The notes below the pieces were generated by a model that was not told the origin of the DNA, ran no database searches, and saw only the letters and a program-made list of their open reading frames with translations. A stretch of 64,000 nucleotides of DNA from Thermodesulfobacteriota bacterium (GTDB taxonomy: Bacteria > Desulfobacterota > Desulfarculia > JACQYL01), in assembly GCA_963675595.2 (NCBI GenBank), contig CAXXLZ010000002.1:2240001-2304000 (forward strand), given 5' to 3'. This document shows positions 50,093 through 60,561 of the stretch, in pieces (position 1 is the first letter of the stretch; each line of letters opens with the position of its first letter). Made by a program: the position numbers and the translations under genes.

Positions 50093-50181
50093 GAACGTCG
50101 ATCACGTCTCCGGTGCCGGCTACTCGGACTCGAGGAGTTCTCCAGAGCCTACTTCCCACCCCGTACTAGGTAACATTCCCA

Positions 50182-52845
50182 ATGCCTCCAAGAGAGTTTT
50201 TTAAGTTAAAAGTGGGCCCGGGGGTCGAGAAGGCCCTTCAAAAGGTGGGCGTCCCCAGAAAGAGAGCCTTCAAACCCGACGCTTTCCAGTTGGAAGCCGT
50301 GGAGAAACTACGGGAAAGCGACGTACTGGTTTCCGCGCCGACCGGAGCCGGCAAGACCTGGATTGCGGCTCAAGCCATGGAAGAGCGTCTCGATCAGGGA
50401 GGAGTCACATGGTATGCTTCTCCCCTGAAAGCTTTGTCCAATGCCAAGTACAGGGAATTCCAGGATCAATTCGGTCCGTCGAACGTGGGGATTCTCACGG
50501 GCGATCGAAAGGAGAACACCTCGGCGCCCATCCTCATCGGCACCACCGAGATTTTCCGGAATCGCCTTTACGACGCCATGCACCGTGGGGAAAACCTGCA
50601 CCTCAATCTGGTCATTCTGGACGAAGCACATTATCTCGGGGACCCGGACCGAGGCATGGTATGGGAAGAAATCCTGATTTACCTGCCTTCCAGAATCCGC
50701 CTGCTGCTCCTGTCCGCCACTATTTCCAACGCCGAACAAATCGCGGAATGGCTCATTGCCTTGAGAGGCAATTCCACTTCGGTGGTCAAGTGGGACAAGC
50801 GTCCCGTCCCCTTGTTCAGCCTGTTCCTGTTTCCGGACGGAGAACTCGAGCCCTTGCTCGAACGAGGCAGGCTGTCCGCCCGGATCCGAAAGTTTGAAGA
50901 ATCCCGCAAAAGCAACCGGTTTCGGTCGCCACTCAAGCCCATCCCCCTTTGGAGGGTCCTCTCCGTATTGCGGGAACTCCATCTGACGCCGGCCATTTTT
51001 TTCCTCAAATCCCGCTCCGACTGCAACATGGCAATATCACAATGTTTCCCCCCGAAAGACGAAGGGGACGGAAAACAGGCGCGATTCGAGAAGGCTTTGG
51101 ACGAGCTGTTGCGGGAAATGCCCTTTCTTGAAAACTATCCTCAACTGGCGGACTTGCGCAAAGCTCGTGTGGCTTCACATCATGGAGGCCAGTTGCCGTA
51201 TTGGAAGCTGCTGGTGGAAAGTCTGATGAAAGAGGGGCACCTCGACGCCATATTCGCGACATCCACGGTGGCGGCGGGGGTCAATTTTCCAGCCCGCACG
51301 GTGGGTTTCATGAACAGCGACCGGTTCAACGGTCGGACTTTTCAGAATCTTACCAGCACGGAACTGCACCAGATGCTCGGCAGGGCGGGGCGACGAGGTA
51401 TGGACCGCATCGGTTTCGCTCTGGTCCTCCCCGGACCTTACCAGAGGCCGGCCCTGGTCGCGGAACTGCTTAAGTCCGAGCCCGAACCGATCATGAGTCA
51501 AATGCGGGTCAGTTTCTCCATGGCCTTGAACATTCTACTTTCCCATGCGCCCGAAGAAGCCCGCGAACTGCTCCGTCAATCATTGTATTTGTATCAAAAC
51601 GCATCGGAGCTCCAAGAGCTGGAGGAAGAGCTAGACGCCCTGTTGGAGGAGCTGGATGACGGTATGCTCCACCCCAGGTGCGGAAGTCTTAAGGAAGCCC
51701 TGCGACTCATGGAGAAACAGCAGGAACTCACGCATCTGGAAAGATATCTGAAACGAAAAATCAAAGGAGACCGTCTCGAATGGTTCCGGCGGTCCCATCT
51801 CGTGCCCGGACGCGTCTTTTTCAGCCGAAAAAGAAAACGATATTGCGTGGTCGATCCTCCGGATCTTAGAGAGGGGAACCTCTTCAGGGCCACACCCCTC
51901 ACCCAGGGAGCAAGACCGAAGAAGGGACGGCTCAAGCTCCGGGAATTCGACATTCGCCGCATCGGGGTGTTGCTGGACAAAGTCGTGGATTTGTCACCGG
52001 AGATCAAGGCGGACCAAGCGACCGACCATATCCGGTCGGCCGCCGACCTAAACTACCCGACCCTCTCCATGAGTGCCCCGCTGCACACTTATTATGCGGA
52101 AAAGATGAATCGGATGGAGGGGGAGCTGAAGGAGGCGAGAGACGCGCTGAAACGCCTTCCGTGCGAGGAGTGCGGGCACAAGGAGCTATGCCATGGGTAC
52201 GACGATGTGGATTGGAAGAACCGCAGCGCCCAGGCCGGCTTCTTGCTCAAGCGAATCGACGCCCAAAAAGAGCAGGTCTGGCTGGACTTCAAGCGCCACC
52301 TGGAATTCATGCAGGAAAAACACTTCGTGGACGGTCAGGGCCGCCTGACGGAAGACGGCTTGTGGGCGGCACGACTGAGGCTGGACCACCCCCTGCTGAT
52401 TGCGGAGGGCATCCGTAAAGGCGCCTTCCATTCCGAAAACCCGGCGGTCCTCTGCGGACTCGTCGCGGTTTTCATCTGGGAACGCACGGCGGATTCGGAC
52501 CTGCCCCAGGGGTGGGTGCAGGGAGACGAAGAGCTTTTCGACGCCTTTGAGAATTTGGCGGACCTGACGTTGGAGTTCAAGGAAGCGTTGGAGCAAGCGG
52601 GATTTTCGACCCCTCGTTTCCAGTATCGTCCTGCCGCCACCTTGTTCTCTTGGGCGTCGGGAGCCACCTGGGAAGAGATCGTCTACCTCTCCGACCTCGA
52701 CGAAGGGGACTTGGCCATGATGATCTACCGAACGGCCGACAACCTGAGACAGCTTGCGGACCTAAAAGACTCCCATCCCGAACTGGCCGCCCTGGCCGCA
52801 TACGGGGCCCATCTCATCCTTCGGGAACCCGTTCTTCCTTACTAA
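50182..52845 (+). CDS. Ski2-like DExH-box RNA helicase (HelY-like)
   Basis: APTGAGKT, PLKALSN, TTEIFRN, DEAH, LSAT, HHGG, GVNFPART, QMLGRAGRRG; C-terminal LDEGDL (DSHCT-like). Confidence 0.92.
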   Translation: MPPREFFKLKVGPGVEKALQKVGVPRKRAFKPDAFQLEAVEKLRESDVLVSAPTGAGKTWIAAQAMEERLDQGGVTWYASPLKALSNAKYREFQDQFGPSNVGILTGDRKENTSAPILIGTTEIFRNRLYDAMHRGENLHLNLVILDEAHYLGDPDRGMVWEEILIYLPSRIRLLLLSATISNAEQIAEWLIALRGNSTSVVKWDKRPVPLFSLFLFPDGELEPLLERGRLSARIRKFEESRKSNRFRSPLKPIPLWRVLSVLRELHLTPAIFFLKSRSDCNMAISQCFPPKDEGDGKQARFEKALDELLREMPFLENYPQLADLRKARVASHHGGQLPYWKLLVESLMKEGHLDAIFATSTVAAGVNFPARTVGFMNSDRFNGRTFQNLTSTELHQMLGRAGRRGMDRIGFALVLPGPYQRPALVAELLKSEPEPIMSQMRVSFSMALNILLSHAPEEARELLRQSLYLYQNASELQELEEELDALLEELDDGMLHPRCGSLKEALRLMEKQQELTHLERYLKRKIKGDRLEWFRRSHLVPGRVFFSRKRKRYCVVDPPDLREGNLFRATPLTQGARPKKGRLKLREFDIRRIGVLLDKVVDLSPEIKADQATDHIRSAADLNYPTLSMSAPLHTYYAEKMNRMEGELKEARDALKRLPCEECGHKELCHGYDDVDWKNRSAQAGFLLKRIDAQKEQVWLDFKRHLEFMQEKHFVDGQGRLTEDGLWAARLRLDHPLLIAEGIRKGAFHSENPAVLCGLVAVFIWERTADSDLPQGWVQGDEELFDAFENLADLTLEFKEALEQAGFSTPRFQYRPAATLFSWASGATWEEIVYLSDLDEGDLAMMIYRTADNLRQLADLKDSHPELAALAAYGAHLILREPVLPY

Positions 52846-52903
52846 GACACGTCGATGGGCGGAGGGAACACGCCGCGTTCCCTCCGCACCGGTTGTTTCG
52901 CCC

Positions 52904-53461
52904 TTAGCCCAGCCACCGCTTGGCCAAGCTCTCCGCTTCCGCCAAGATTTCGGGTTTCGAGCTCACCAAACCCGCTTCCTGAAGCCCCGAGGCCACGATC
53001 AGCTCGCTTTCCCCGAAGCCGTAAAAATTCAGCCAAAATCCATACCTGTCGAATACGTCTCGATACTTCCCCGGATCCGGTTGTCCTTGGGAAAGGATCA
53101 TGAGCGCCTTCTTTCCGGGTTCGAGCCTGGTGGTGAATTGAGGAGTGACAAAGGAATAGGTCCGGTCGAAAAACGACTTGAATTGACCGCTGACTTCACT
53201 GAAATAAACCGGAGAGGCGAGAACCGCGATATCGCAATTGCGGAGGTCTTCCAGGGCCTGGAGAAGATCATCCTCCACCACACAGGTTTCGCTCTTGGTC
53301 TTGCATCCGCCGCAGGCGATACATCCGCTGTAATTCATATCGGAAAGGCGGTGGATGGTTACTTCGGCGCCCATGGTCGCCGCCTGATCGAGGAATTTCT
53401 CCGCTACCGCGGCGCTGTTGGACTTCGGCCTGGGACTGCCCAGGATTCCGACACACTTCAT
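52904..53461 (-). CDS. Iron-sulfur flavoprotein / NADPH-dependent FMN reductase family
   Basis: MKCVGILGSPR, GCIACGGC..TC, ASPVYF, KSFFDR; RBS GGGAGG. Confidence 0.88.
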   Translation of the reverse strand: MKCVGILGSPRPKSNSAAVAEKFLDQAATMGAEVTIHRLSDMNYSGCIACGGCKTKSETCVVEDDLLQALEDLRNCDIAVLASPVYFSEVSGQFKSFFDRTYSFVTPQFTTRLEPGKKALMILSQGQPDPGKYRDVFDRYGFWLNFYGFGESELIVASGLQEAGLVSSKPEILAEAESLAKRWLG

Positions 53462-53535
53462 AACCTTACCTCCCTGCGCTGTATCGTTGTGGAAGCCGAC
53501 GCCGCACGTCCAAATCCGCGCGGGTCCGCCTTCCG

Positions 53536-54210
53536 TCAAGGAATGAAATGAGATAAAGACAAGGGGATCAGTCCATACATCAGGTGCGCCCAAAATGCGA
53601 TCTTCAGGTATTCCCAGAGGGACAGGGACGAGTCTTCGCCACATACCAGGGCGGCTCCCCCTCCCCCTCCGACCACCACGTTGATGGGTGTGATGAGCAA
53701 CACGAAGACCATGGTCTTCTCTGAAGTCAACACCGGAAGCGGGAGCCTGTTGAGCACCCGATTGATCTTTCGCCCCATCCGGTCCTTTTTCAAATAGTTT
53801 TCCACGATATAGAAAATACTGACGTTTTCCCCCTCGGGCCACCAGGACTTTCGGTTGAGCTTCTTTTCCAACATTCGTCGAAAAAGTTTCATAATAATAG
53901 GATAACGCCTACCGATCAGGAAATTCAAACCCATGGACATCATACTGCCTGCCATGAAGTAGGACAGCCCTTTCACCCCCGCGAACATCACGATGAAAAG
54001 GCCGAGCCCACCGGGAATGTACGGTATGCAGAGCATGATGGCGTACACCAGAGTGACGTACAGTACCACGCTCTCGCTTTGGCGCATGGTTTCCTTGAGT
54101 TGTCCGAGTTTCTCTCCAATATTCCAGGGAGTGGCCCCAAGCATCCAACAGAGCAACAGAAAAAGACAGGAGAAAAACAAGGCCAAGCAAATCAGGTTTC
54201 GGTATTTCAT
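53536..54210 (-). CDS. Hypothetical integral membrane protein (distantly DedA/VTT-like)
   Basis: Several TM segments, IPYIPG and NVVVGGGGG motifs; start MKYRNL at 54210. Confidence 0.65.
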   Translation of the reverse strand: MKYRNLICLALFFSCLFLLLCWMLGATPWNIGEKLGQLKETMRQSESVVLYVTLVYAIMLCIPYIPGGLGLFIVMFAGVKGLSYFMAGSMMSMGLNFLIGRRYPIIMKLFRRMLEKKLNRKSWWPEGENVSIFYIVENYLKKDRMGRKINRVLNRLPLPVLTSEKTMVFVLLITPINVVVGGGGGAALVCGEDSSLSLWEYLKIAFWAHLMYGLIPLSLSHFIP

Positions 54211-54301
54211 CGAAGTCCGGCTACTTACAAGATCATAGGCAGGTTGGCGTCCACCGTTGCTTCCGGCGGAATTCCCATGAACCGCATACCACTCGGACGG
54301 A

Positions 54302-57019
54302 TCACCCTGAAGGAACCCGCTTTCGTAAACCAAAAGGCATATTGAGCAGCGCGGGCAGATAGAACACCGCCGAGGCCATCACGCACAGGCTGCCCACCGC
54401 GGCGAGCAAGCCCAGACTGTGGATACCCCGGTGTGAGGAAATCATCAATGTCCCGAACCCGACCGTAGTCGTCAAAGCCGCCAGCACCACTCCCTTCAGG
54501 GAGCCCTTCGTCGGTCCTCTCCCACCGGAATCCCGGACGGCAAGCACGACAATAATACCGTATTCGACTCCGGCACCCACGATCAAGGGAAGGAACATGC
54601 TGTTGGCCAAATTGAAGTCCAGCCGCAGCAGACGCATAAGTCCCAACGTCCACCCGGTTCCCACCACCAAAGGGACCAACGCGAAAAGACTTTTCACAAT
54701 GTCCCGTAGAGAGAATATGAGCAAGAGAAAAATCGCGCCCACCGAATAGAACGCCGCCTTGATGCACGCTCGTCTGAACTCACGAGTGAATACAAATAAT
54801 GTAACGGCGTCTCCCGCCGCGTCGGGAGCCACCTGCCGAACGGCCGTGACGAACTTGTCGAGACGCTCGGGATTCCAAACATTGCCCTCGGGATAGATCC
54901 GGATACGGTAAAGGGGGCCGGACCCTACATAACGTTTCAGCACCTCGTCGGGCAAGTCGTCGATTCGCATGAAATCGGCCGTTGAAGCCCTTCGAATCAG
55001 GTCCAATGACTCCGAAAGTCCTCGAAACAGCTCCTGCTGAAAATACGCGAGGCGCGCCCCCATGATCCGGGGTTCACCTCCATCGAGCACATCCAGAATA
55101 CGCGTAATTCGGTCTTTCACCTCTTCCATCCGCGTTGCTTCGAGGGGACTGAGATCCCAATCCGAATCAGGAGCCGTTTTTAAACGAATTTTGGACAAGA
55201 CCTCCTCCAGTCCCTGCCGGTCCGGAACTTCCCGGGGAATCGGAAAAGGAGCGAGTGCCCGCCGCCCTTCAAGCTTTCTCAGCCGCTCCAATTTGTCTTT
55301 CTGTTGCTCTGGGAGATAGGAAAGAACGCTTTCCACCGAAGCGACCTCGGGGAGTGATTCAAGTTCCGCAGTCTTTAGACGAACTTCGTCCAAAGAAGGC
55401 ACCAGCACCGACGCCGTAAGAGCCGAATGCTCGGCGTCGGCGGTCAGTCGATGCTCCCAGATCACGGATTCGGCGCCTTTCGGCTGTAAATTCAGCATAT
55501 TAAGGTCGAACTTCACTCCGTGAGCCGTGGCGATGGACATGATGAACGCCACCGTTCCCACGACGAGCACGATTCGAGCCTTGCCCGGGCCGAGTTCGAA
55601 ATAACCCACACCGCCTTGTTTTCTCCGTGGAAGCGGGGGCAAATAATGCTCGGCTATGTGCGTGAGTGCGGGCAGGACGCAAATGGTGGTCAACGTGGTC
55701 AGGATCATTCCCAGTCCGGTGATGAGGCCGAGCTCCATCAGACCGCGAAATCCCGTAAGCACAAGAGGAAGAAACGAAAAAGCGGCGCACAGACCGGAAA
55801 GCACGATCCCGGGCCCCAGCTCCACATGAGTGCGTGTAATTGCCCGCTCCGCGGATGGATCCGCCCGATACTTCTCCTCGAAACGCGCGAACCAATGAAT
55901 CCCATAGTCGATTCCCAGACCGAGCAACAAGGGAGCGAACACGACGGAAAGAATGTTCAGGTGGCCCACCACCAGTGTGGCCAGACCGAAAGTCCAACTC
56001 AAGGCTACCAGCAGCTCCGCGATTTCGAGAATAGGCCTGCGGACGTTCCTCCAGAAAAATAGGAGAAGCGCCGATAAGCCCGCCACGGACAGCAGCGTCG
56101 CCGTCTTCATGTCCGACAAAGAAACGGACATTTGATCGGCGTTGAGCGCCTCTTGTCCGGTGACCCCGGCGTCCAGTCCGGGAAACCCGGTCTTAAGCCG
56201 CTGAATTACGTTTCTCAGGTGTTCCAAGGATTCGGCGGTGCGCCGGAAGTCTTTCCCCGCCTTGGCCGGCGTAACGAAAAGGAACAGCCGTGCCCCGTCT
56301 TCGGACCAGAAATATCCGGGCTCCTTTTCCGAATCCCAATGGACTCCTGAAAATTTTTCCCAGGAAACTCGGACGTCCGTCTCGCCGTCCAAAGAGCTCT
56401 CCAAATCACTTAGCACCTCGATCAGAAAGGTCGAATCAGGGCCTCGGCCGGCGCGCGATACGGAAGTCGAGTCCTCCAGAAATCCAGTGAACAACTCATC
56501 CACCATCTTCGAGGTAATCTTGTCGTTGAGTCCAAGAAAGAAGGTGTTCAGCGTCGGATTGGAACGAAGGATCTCCAGAAATCCTTCATTTTCCGTCACC
56601 TGCTCCGAGATCCTCTCCACATCCGCAATATCTGCATACAAAAGCGCATGGGAACGAAAACGTTCGGGATCTATGCGATAGAGCAGCCCCGGGTATCGGT
56701 CGCGTTGGTCGGCGAGTTCGTTCACCAGAGCACGGAGGAAGGACAGGGATTGTTTCGCCCCTCTCCCCTGAACGACCACGAGAAAGGAGTCCTGTTCGTC
56801 AAAGGGTTTCAGGGAATCCGTGAGTCGGATCAGAGGATGTTCCGGGGAAATCAGGTCATGCTGGCTCGTGAGAAAGTCCAGATTCCGCGCGGTGTAGACC
56901 CAGGACAGCGCCGCCAGGCAAAAAGCCAGTCCCACCGTAAGCCACGGACGCCACAGGGTAATCCTGAGCACGCCCAAAAGCAGCCTTTGCAGGACGGTAT
57001 AGGGGGGTTGCGTCTTCAT
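54302..57019 (-). CDS. MMPL/RND lipid transporter, HpnN-like
   Basis: Two RND halves: LGLGIDYGIHW and VGAGVEYGI; TTTVGFGTL; large periplasmic loops. Confidence 0.88.
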   Translation of the reverse strand: MKTQPPYTVLQRLLLGVLRITLWRPWLTVGLAFCLAALSWVYTARNLDFLTSQHDLISPEHPLIRLTDSLKPFDEQDSFLVVVQGRGAKQSLSFLRALVNELADQRDRYPGLLYRIDPERFRSHALLYADIADVERISEQVTENEGFLEILRSNPTLNTFFLGLNDKITSKMVDELFTGFLEDSTSVSRAGRGPDSTFLIEVLSDLESSLDGETDVRVSWEKFSGVHWDSEKEPGYFWSEDGARLFLFVTPAKAGKDFRRTAESLEHLRNVIQRLKTGFPGLDAGVTGQEALNADQMSVSLSDMKTATLLSVAGLSALLLFFWRNVRRPILEIAELLVALSWTFGLATLVVGHLNILSVVFAPLLLGLGIDYGIHWFARFEEKYRADPSAERAITRTHVELGPGIVLSGLCAAFSFLPLVLTGFRGLMELGLITGLGMILTTLTTICVLPALTHIAEHYLPPLPRRKQGGVGYFELGPGKARIVLVVGTVAFIMSIATAHGVKFDLNMLNLQPKGAESVIWEHRLTADAEHSALTASVLVPSLDEVRLKTAELESLPEVASVESVLSYLPEQQKDKLERLRKLEGRRALAPFPIPREVPDRQGLEEVLSKIRLKTAPDSDWDLSPLEATRMEEVKDRITRILDVLDGGEPRIMGARLAYFQQELFRGLSESLDLIRRASTADFMRIDDLPDEVLKRYVGSGPLYRIRIYPEGNVWNPERLDKFVTAVRQVAPDAAGDAVTLFVFTREFRRACIKAAFYSVGAIFLLLIFSLRDIVKSLFALVPLVVGTGWTLGLMRLLRLDFNLANSMFLPLIVGAGVEYGIIVVLAVRDSGGRGPTKGSLKGVVLAALTTTVGFGTLMISSHRGIHSLGLLAAVGSLCVMASAVFYLPALLNMPFGLRKRVPSG

Positions 57020-57127
57020 GGGTAGGTCGAATCACAGAATAATATGGAATCCCTAAGCCGGCGGAACGAGCCTTCATTCGCGACGAGAAATTCCGTCTTT
57101 ATCCGCCGGATTGTCGCCGGATAACGA

Positions 57128-58147
57128 TCATCCTGAACCCGGCACGCTCTCTTTCTCTTCCTTCGGGTGTCTCCCGTAACCTTCATCCATCCGATGTATG
57201 GCCGCATAGCATGCCAAACCCAGCCCTCCCCAGAAGAAATCGATGAGTCTCAGGACCATGGAGAAGGCCAATCCAAGTGCGGCAGGGTATCCCAGAACGA
57301 CGAGAGCGATCACTCGGGATCCTTCCTGCACTCCCAACCGCAGGGGAACGGCGAAGCCCGCCAGATCGAACCAGCTGCCGAGGAACCAGATGCCGGCGGC
57401 CGCGATCCAATCCCCTCCTCCGGCGGCCAAGTCCAGAAAAATCTTCACTTGACAGATATAGCAGGCGAATCCTCCGAGATACCAAAGCATGGCTCGGACC
57501 ATGCCCCAAGGGCGTTCCTTGTGGAAAGCCGCCAGCTCACGGTCTACGGAGGCGACCCCGGCCATGAGGTCCGAAAAACGTTTTCCCCCCAGTTTCTTCA
57601 AGGCCGGTCTTCGGGCGAGGGTCCCCAACAGCCCTTTTCGCTGCAAGATCAGGAAGGCCGCAAGTCCCAAAGCCAGGAGCCCACCGCCCAGTAGCATGCC
57701 TTCTCCGAGCCCCGGCACCGTATTTTCGCCGTGGAACACGAGTATGGACCCCACGGCGGTCAGTCCGAGTTGCGCCGCCACGAAGGAGACTTTGGACAGA
57801 ATGACCCCGCAGGCCGCTTGAGGAGCATCTCCAAATCCTGCCAGAAGCGCCCCTTTGGTTACTTCGCCCCCCACGTTGGCCGTGGGAGTGAGATTATTCA
57901 CCGCGTATCCGGCCAGTTTGACGGCAAACAGCTTCCGAAAAGGAACGGACCTGTGCCGAGCCGACATACAGGAACGCCAACCCAGGGTATGGAATACCTC
58001 CGCAACCCCTTCCAGGGCCAACACAGGGACCAAGCCCCATCCGAATCCGCACAATTCTTTCCATACGGCCGAAGGCCCGATCCTCCAGATAAGTACGACG
58101 AGAAGAACCGCACCTAACGTGATGCTGATTCGGTGAAAGCGTTTCAT
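57128..58147 (-). CDS. Lysylphosphatidylglycerol-synthase-TM (flippase-like, HpnL-like) membrane protein
   Basis: RBS AAGGAGG before MKRFH; VNNLTPTANVGGE, VPLRLGVQEG; many TM helices. Confidence 0.8.
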   Translation of the reverse strand: MKRFHRISITLGAVLLVVLIWRIGPSAVWKELCGFGWGLVPVLALEGVAEVFHTLGWRSCMSARHRSVPFRKLFAVKLAGYAVNNLTPTANVGGEVTKGALLAGFGDAPQAACGVILSKVSFVAAQLGLTAVGSILVFHGENTVPGLGEGMLLGGGLLALGLAAFLILQRKGLLGTLARRPALKKLGGKRFSDLMAGVASVDRELAAFHKERPWGMVRAMLWYLGGFACYICQVKIFLDLAAGGGDWIAAAGIWFLGSWFDLAGFAVPLRLGVQEGSRVIALVVLGYPAALGLAFSMVLRLIDFFWGGLGLACYAAIHRMDEGYGRHPKEEKESVPGSG

Positions 58148-58643
58148 GGTCCTCCTTGCCGGCACCATGTCCTATGATTCGGAACTTGTTCGCTCAAACG
58201 CTTCCGACCCGCCCCGCGAGGTCTTTTCAGGATACCGCCGGCTATCCGTAGTCTCCGAGAAGAGCCCGGCTTGCGGGCTCCCAACCGTCGTTTCAAGACA
58301 TGTGAAAAGAGCGGATACGCATCTTCGGGGATCCCGGCCGGGATTACCTCGCGCCTTCAAAGGGGAATTCGCGCCGAACCGGTGGAGAAAATCTCGTTTC
58401 CGGAACACATATGGGAATCATGCGCGTTCCCGGAGCACTTCGGAGTATGAAAGAAGAGATTGCCTCTGCGCCGTTCGGGGTGCACGCCGGATGCCGGGCA
58501 ACTCCAATAGCACGATTGCGGTACCGATTCAACGAAGGAGCGAAACCGAAAAGAAACCGTAATAACTCGGCATCTACGTGTCCGCGAGGAGGCCGACCCT
58601 TATTTGGGATGCAGGCCGACTTTGAGGAGGACGCCGGAGGGAT

Positions 58644-59942
58644 TCAGCCCGCGTAGCCGTAGACGATGCGGGGCAACCATAGAACCGAATCGGGCCAGTA
58701 AGTGAGGACGAAAAGAATCAGCACTTGAATGATTACGAAGGGAAGCACGGAACGGGTCATGTAGATCAGGTCTCGGTTGCACAAGGCACCCGTAATGTAC
58801 AGGCTGACTCCCAGAGGGGGAGTACAGTAGCCGATCCCCAGGTTCACCGTCATGAGCAATCCGAAGTGCAGAGGGTCGATTCCGAACTTGTACAACATGG
58901 GCAGGAAAATCGGGCCCAGAATCAGAGTGGCCGAAATGATGTCCATGAACATGCCCACAATGAGCATGAGAATGTTGATGGTAAGCAGGAAAACCCAGGG
59001 TTGCGTGATATTCTGTGTCACCGCATCCGCGACCTGGCTCGGAATGCTTTCCAGGGTCAGATACAGGCCGAAACAGCTGGCGCCCGCCACGATGATGAGG
59101 AGCGTGGCGGAGGTCACCGCGGAAGAGACCACCACCTTTTTCACCTGGCTCAGCTTCATGTCCTTGTGAATGAAAATCTCTACGATAAAGGCGTAAACGC
59201 AGGCCACCACCGCCGCTTCGTTGGCGGTGAACATTCCCGAGAAAATTCCGCCGAAAATGATCACCGGCAGCATCAGGGACCAAAATCCTTCCTTGAATGC
59301 CGCCAATGCCTGGCCGAAGGTGGGAACCGGTTGTCTCTTGAATTTGGGATGCCGGACACAGAAGAAGAAGCTGTAAATGCAGAACCCGAAAATGATCATG
59401 AAACCGGGCACAAATCCTGTTAGGAAAAGCGTCTCAAGGGACACGGCACTGATCATGGAGTACAGAATCATGGAAATGCTGGGGGGAATGACCACTCCCA
59501 GAATGGGCGCCGTGGTCATGATGCCCAGAGAGAATTTCTCATCGTAATGGTTCTCGATCAACGCCGGGATCATGAATCCGCCGATGGCGACCACCGTGGC
59601 CACCGTGGATCCGGAAATGGCGCCGAACAGCCCACAGGCGATGACACCCGCCATGGCCAACCCACCGGGCAGGAATCCCACGGCCACATTGGCCACCTTG
59701 ATCAGCTTGTCCACAATGGACCCTGAGGTCATGATGTTCCCGCAAAGAACGAAAAAGAGCACCACAACCAGGGCGAATTTGTCCATACTCCGCAGAAGGG
59801 TCTGCGCCAGGATCATCAGGGGCAAGTCCGTAAAGGCGACAACCCCGAAAAAGGCCGTGAAAAACAGCGCCATAAATACGGGCATGGTTGAAGCCAACCC
59901 GCCGATCAGAACCAGGAGTACGATAATGGTCGTTGTTTCCAT
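58644..59942 (-). CDS. dctM: TRAP transporter large permease
   Basis: FGAISGS, VIPPSI, FTANEAA, GMFMD, IDPLHFG, TPPLG. Confidence 0.95.
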   Translation of the reverse strand: METTTIIVLLVLIGGLASTMPVFMALFFTAFFGVVAFTDLPLMILAQTLLRSMDKFALVVVLFFVLCGNIMTSGSIVDKLIKVANVAVGFLPGGLAMAGVIACGLFGAISGSTVATVVAIGGFMIPALIENHYDEKFSLGIMTTAPILGVVIPPSISMILYSMISAVSLETLFLTGFVPGFMIIFGFCIYSFFFCVRHPKFKRQPVPTFGQALAAFKEGFWSLMLPVIIFGGIFSGMFTANEAAVVACVYAFIVEIFIHKDMKLSQVKKVVVSSAVTSATLLIIVAGASCFGLYLTLESIPSQVADAVTQNITQPWVFLLTINILMLIVGMFMDIISATLILGPIFLPMLYKFGIDPLHFGLLMTVNLGIGYCTPPLGVSLYITGALCNRDLIYMTRSVLPFVIIQVLILFVLTYWPDSVLWLPRIVYGYAG

Positions 59943-59989
59943 AGCCGAGAACTCACCGCTTTTCTTCCGCTATCCGGAAGGATTGACGC

Positions 59990-60481
59990 CTATTGACTTT
60001 TTTCCTTAGTCGCGTCTTCGTAGATGACCTGAATTGTCCGAAGAAACATCATTAGTCCCATCAGCGGTAGAAACCCGATGATAAATACGAGGGGAATCTG
60101 AAGAATAATCGTCTTCTGGTTGGTGGCCACCTGGAGAGCGGCGAACTTCGTACCGAAGTACATCATGAAACAGCTGAACAACAACGTGCACAGGTGGCTG
60201 AAATACGTCAACGTAACCTTCAGGGACGGGGCAATTTGCACCAAGGCGTCGATTTTGATCATGGAGCGATTCTTGATCGCGGCGCTGCACCCGATCAAGG
60301 TGGTATAGATGATCACTTCCCGAACCAGCTCTTCGGACCAACCCAGGGTGTAACTGAATCCGTAGCGCGTGATCACGTTGATGAACAGGGAGATCAGCGC
60401 GACCATCACGGTAACGTACAGGGTCCATTCCTCGAAAAAGGTCATCACCTTATCGATCCGTTTGATGATCCTGCCGAACAT
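59990..60481 (-). CDS. dctQ: TRAP transporter small permease
   Basis: Four TM helices, NVITRY...WSEEL...IKID. Confidence 0.9.
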   Translation of the reverse strand: MFGRIIKRIDKVMTFFEEWTLYVTVMVALISLFINVITRYGFSYTLGWSEELVREVIIYTTLIGCSAAIKNRSMIKIDALVQIAPSLKVTLTYFSHLCTLLFSCFMMYFGTKFAALQVATNQKTIILQIPLVFIIGFLPLMGLMMFLRTIQVIYEDATKEKSQ

Positions 60482-60561
60482 GATTCCTCACCTCACCGGG
60501 CACACATGCAAAACGGGGGAAGCCCTTTCCGGAACCTCCCCCTCAAGAAAGGGCATTCCAG

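Noticed and set aside
53462-53842. N-terminal extension of the flavoprotein ORF
   Set aside because: It overlaps the upstream membrane-protein gene; the real start is MKCVG at 53461 with an RBS.
58148-58643. Riboswitch or small gene in the 500-bp dctM-flippase gap
   Set aside because: No recognisable aptamer motif, and the short ORFs lack protein-like composition.
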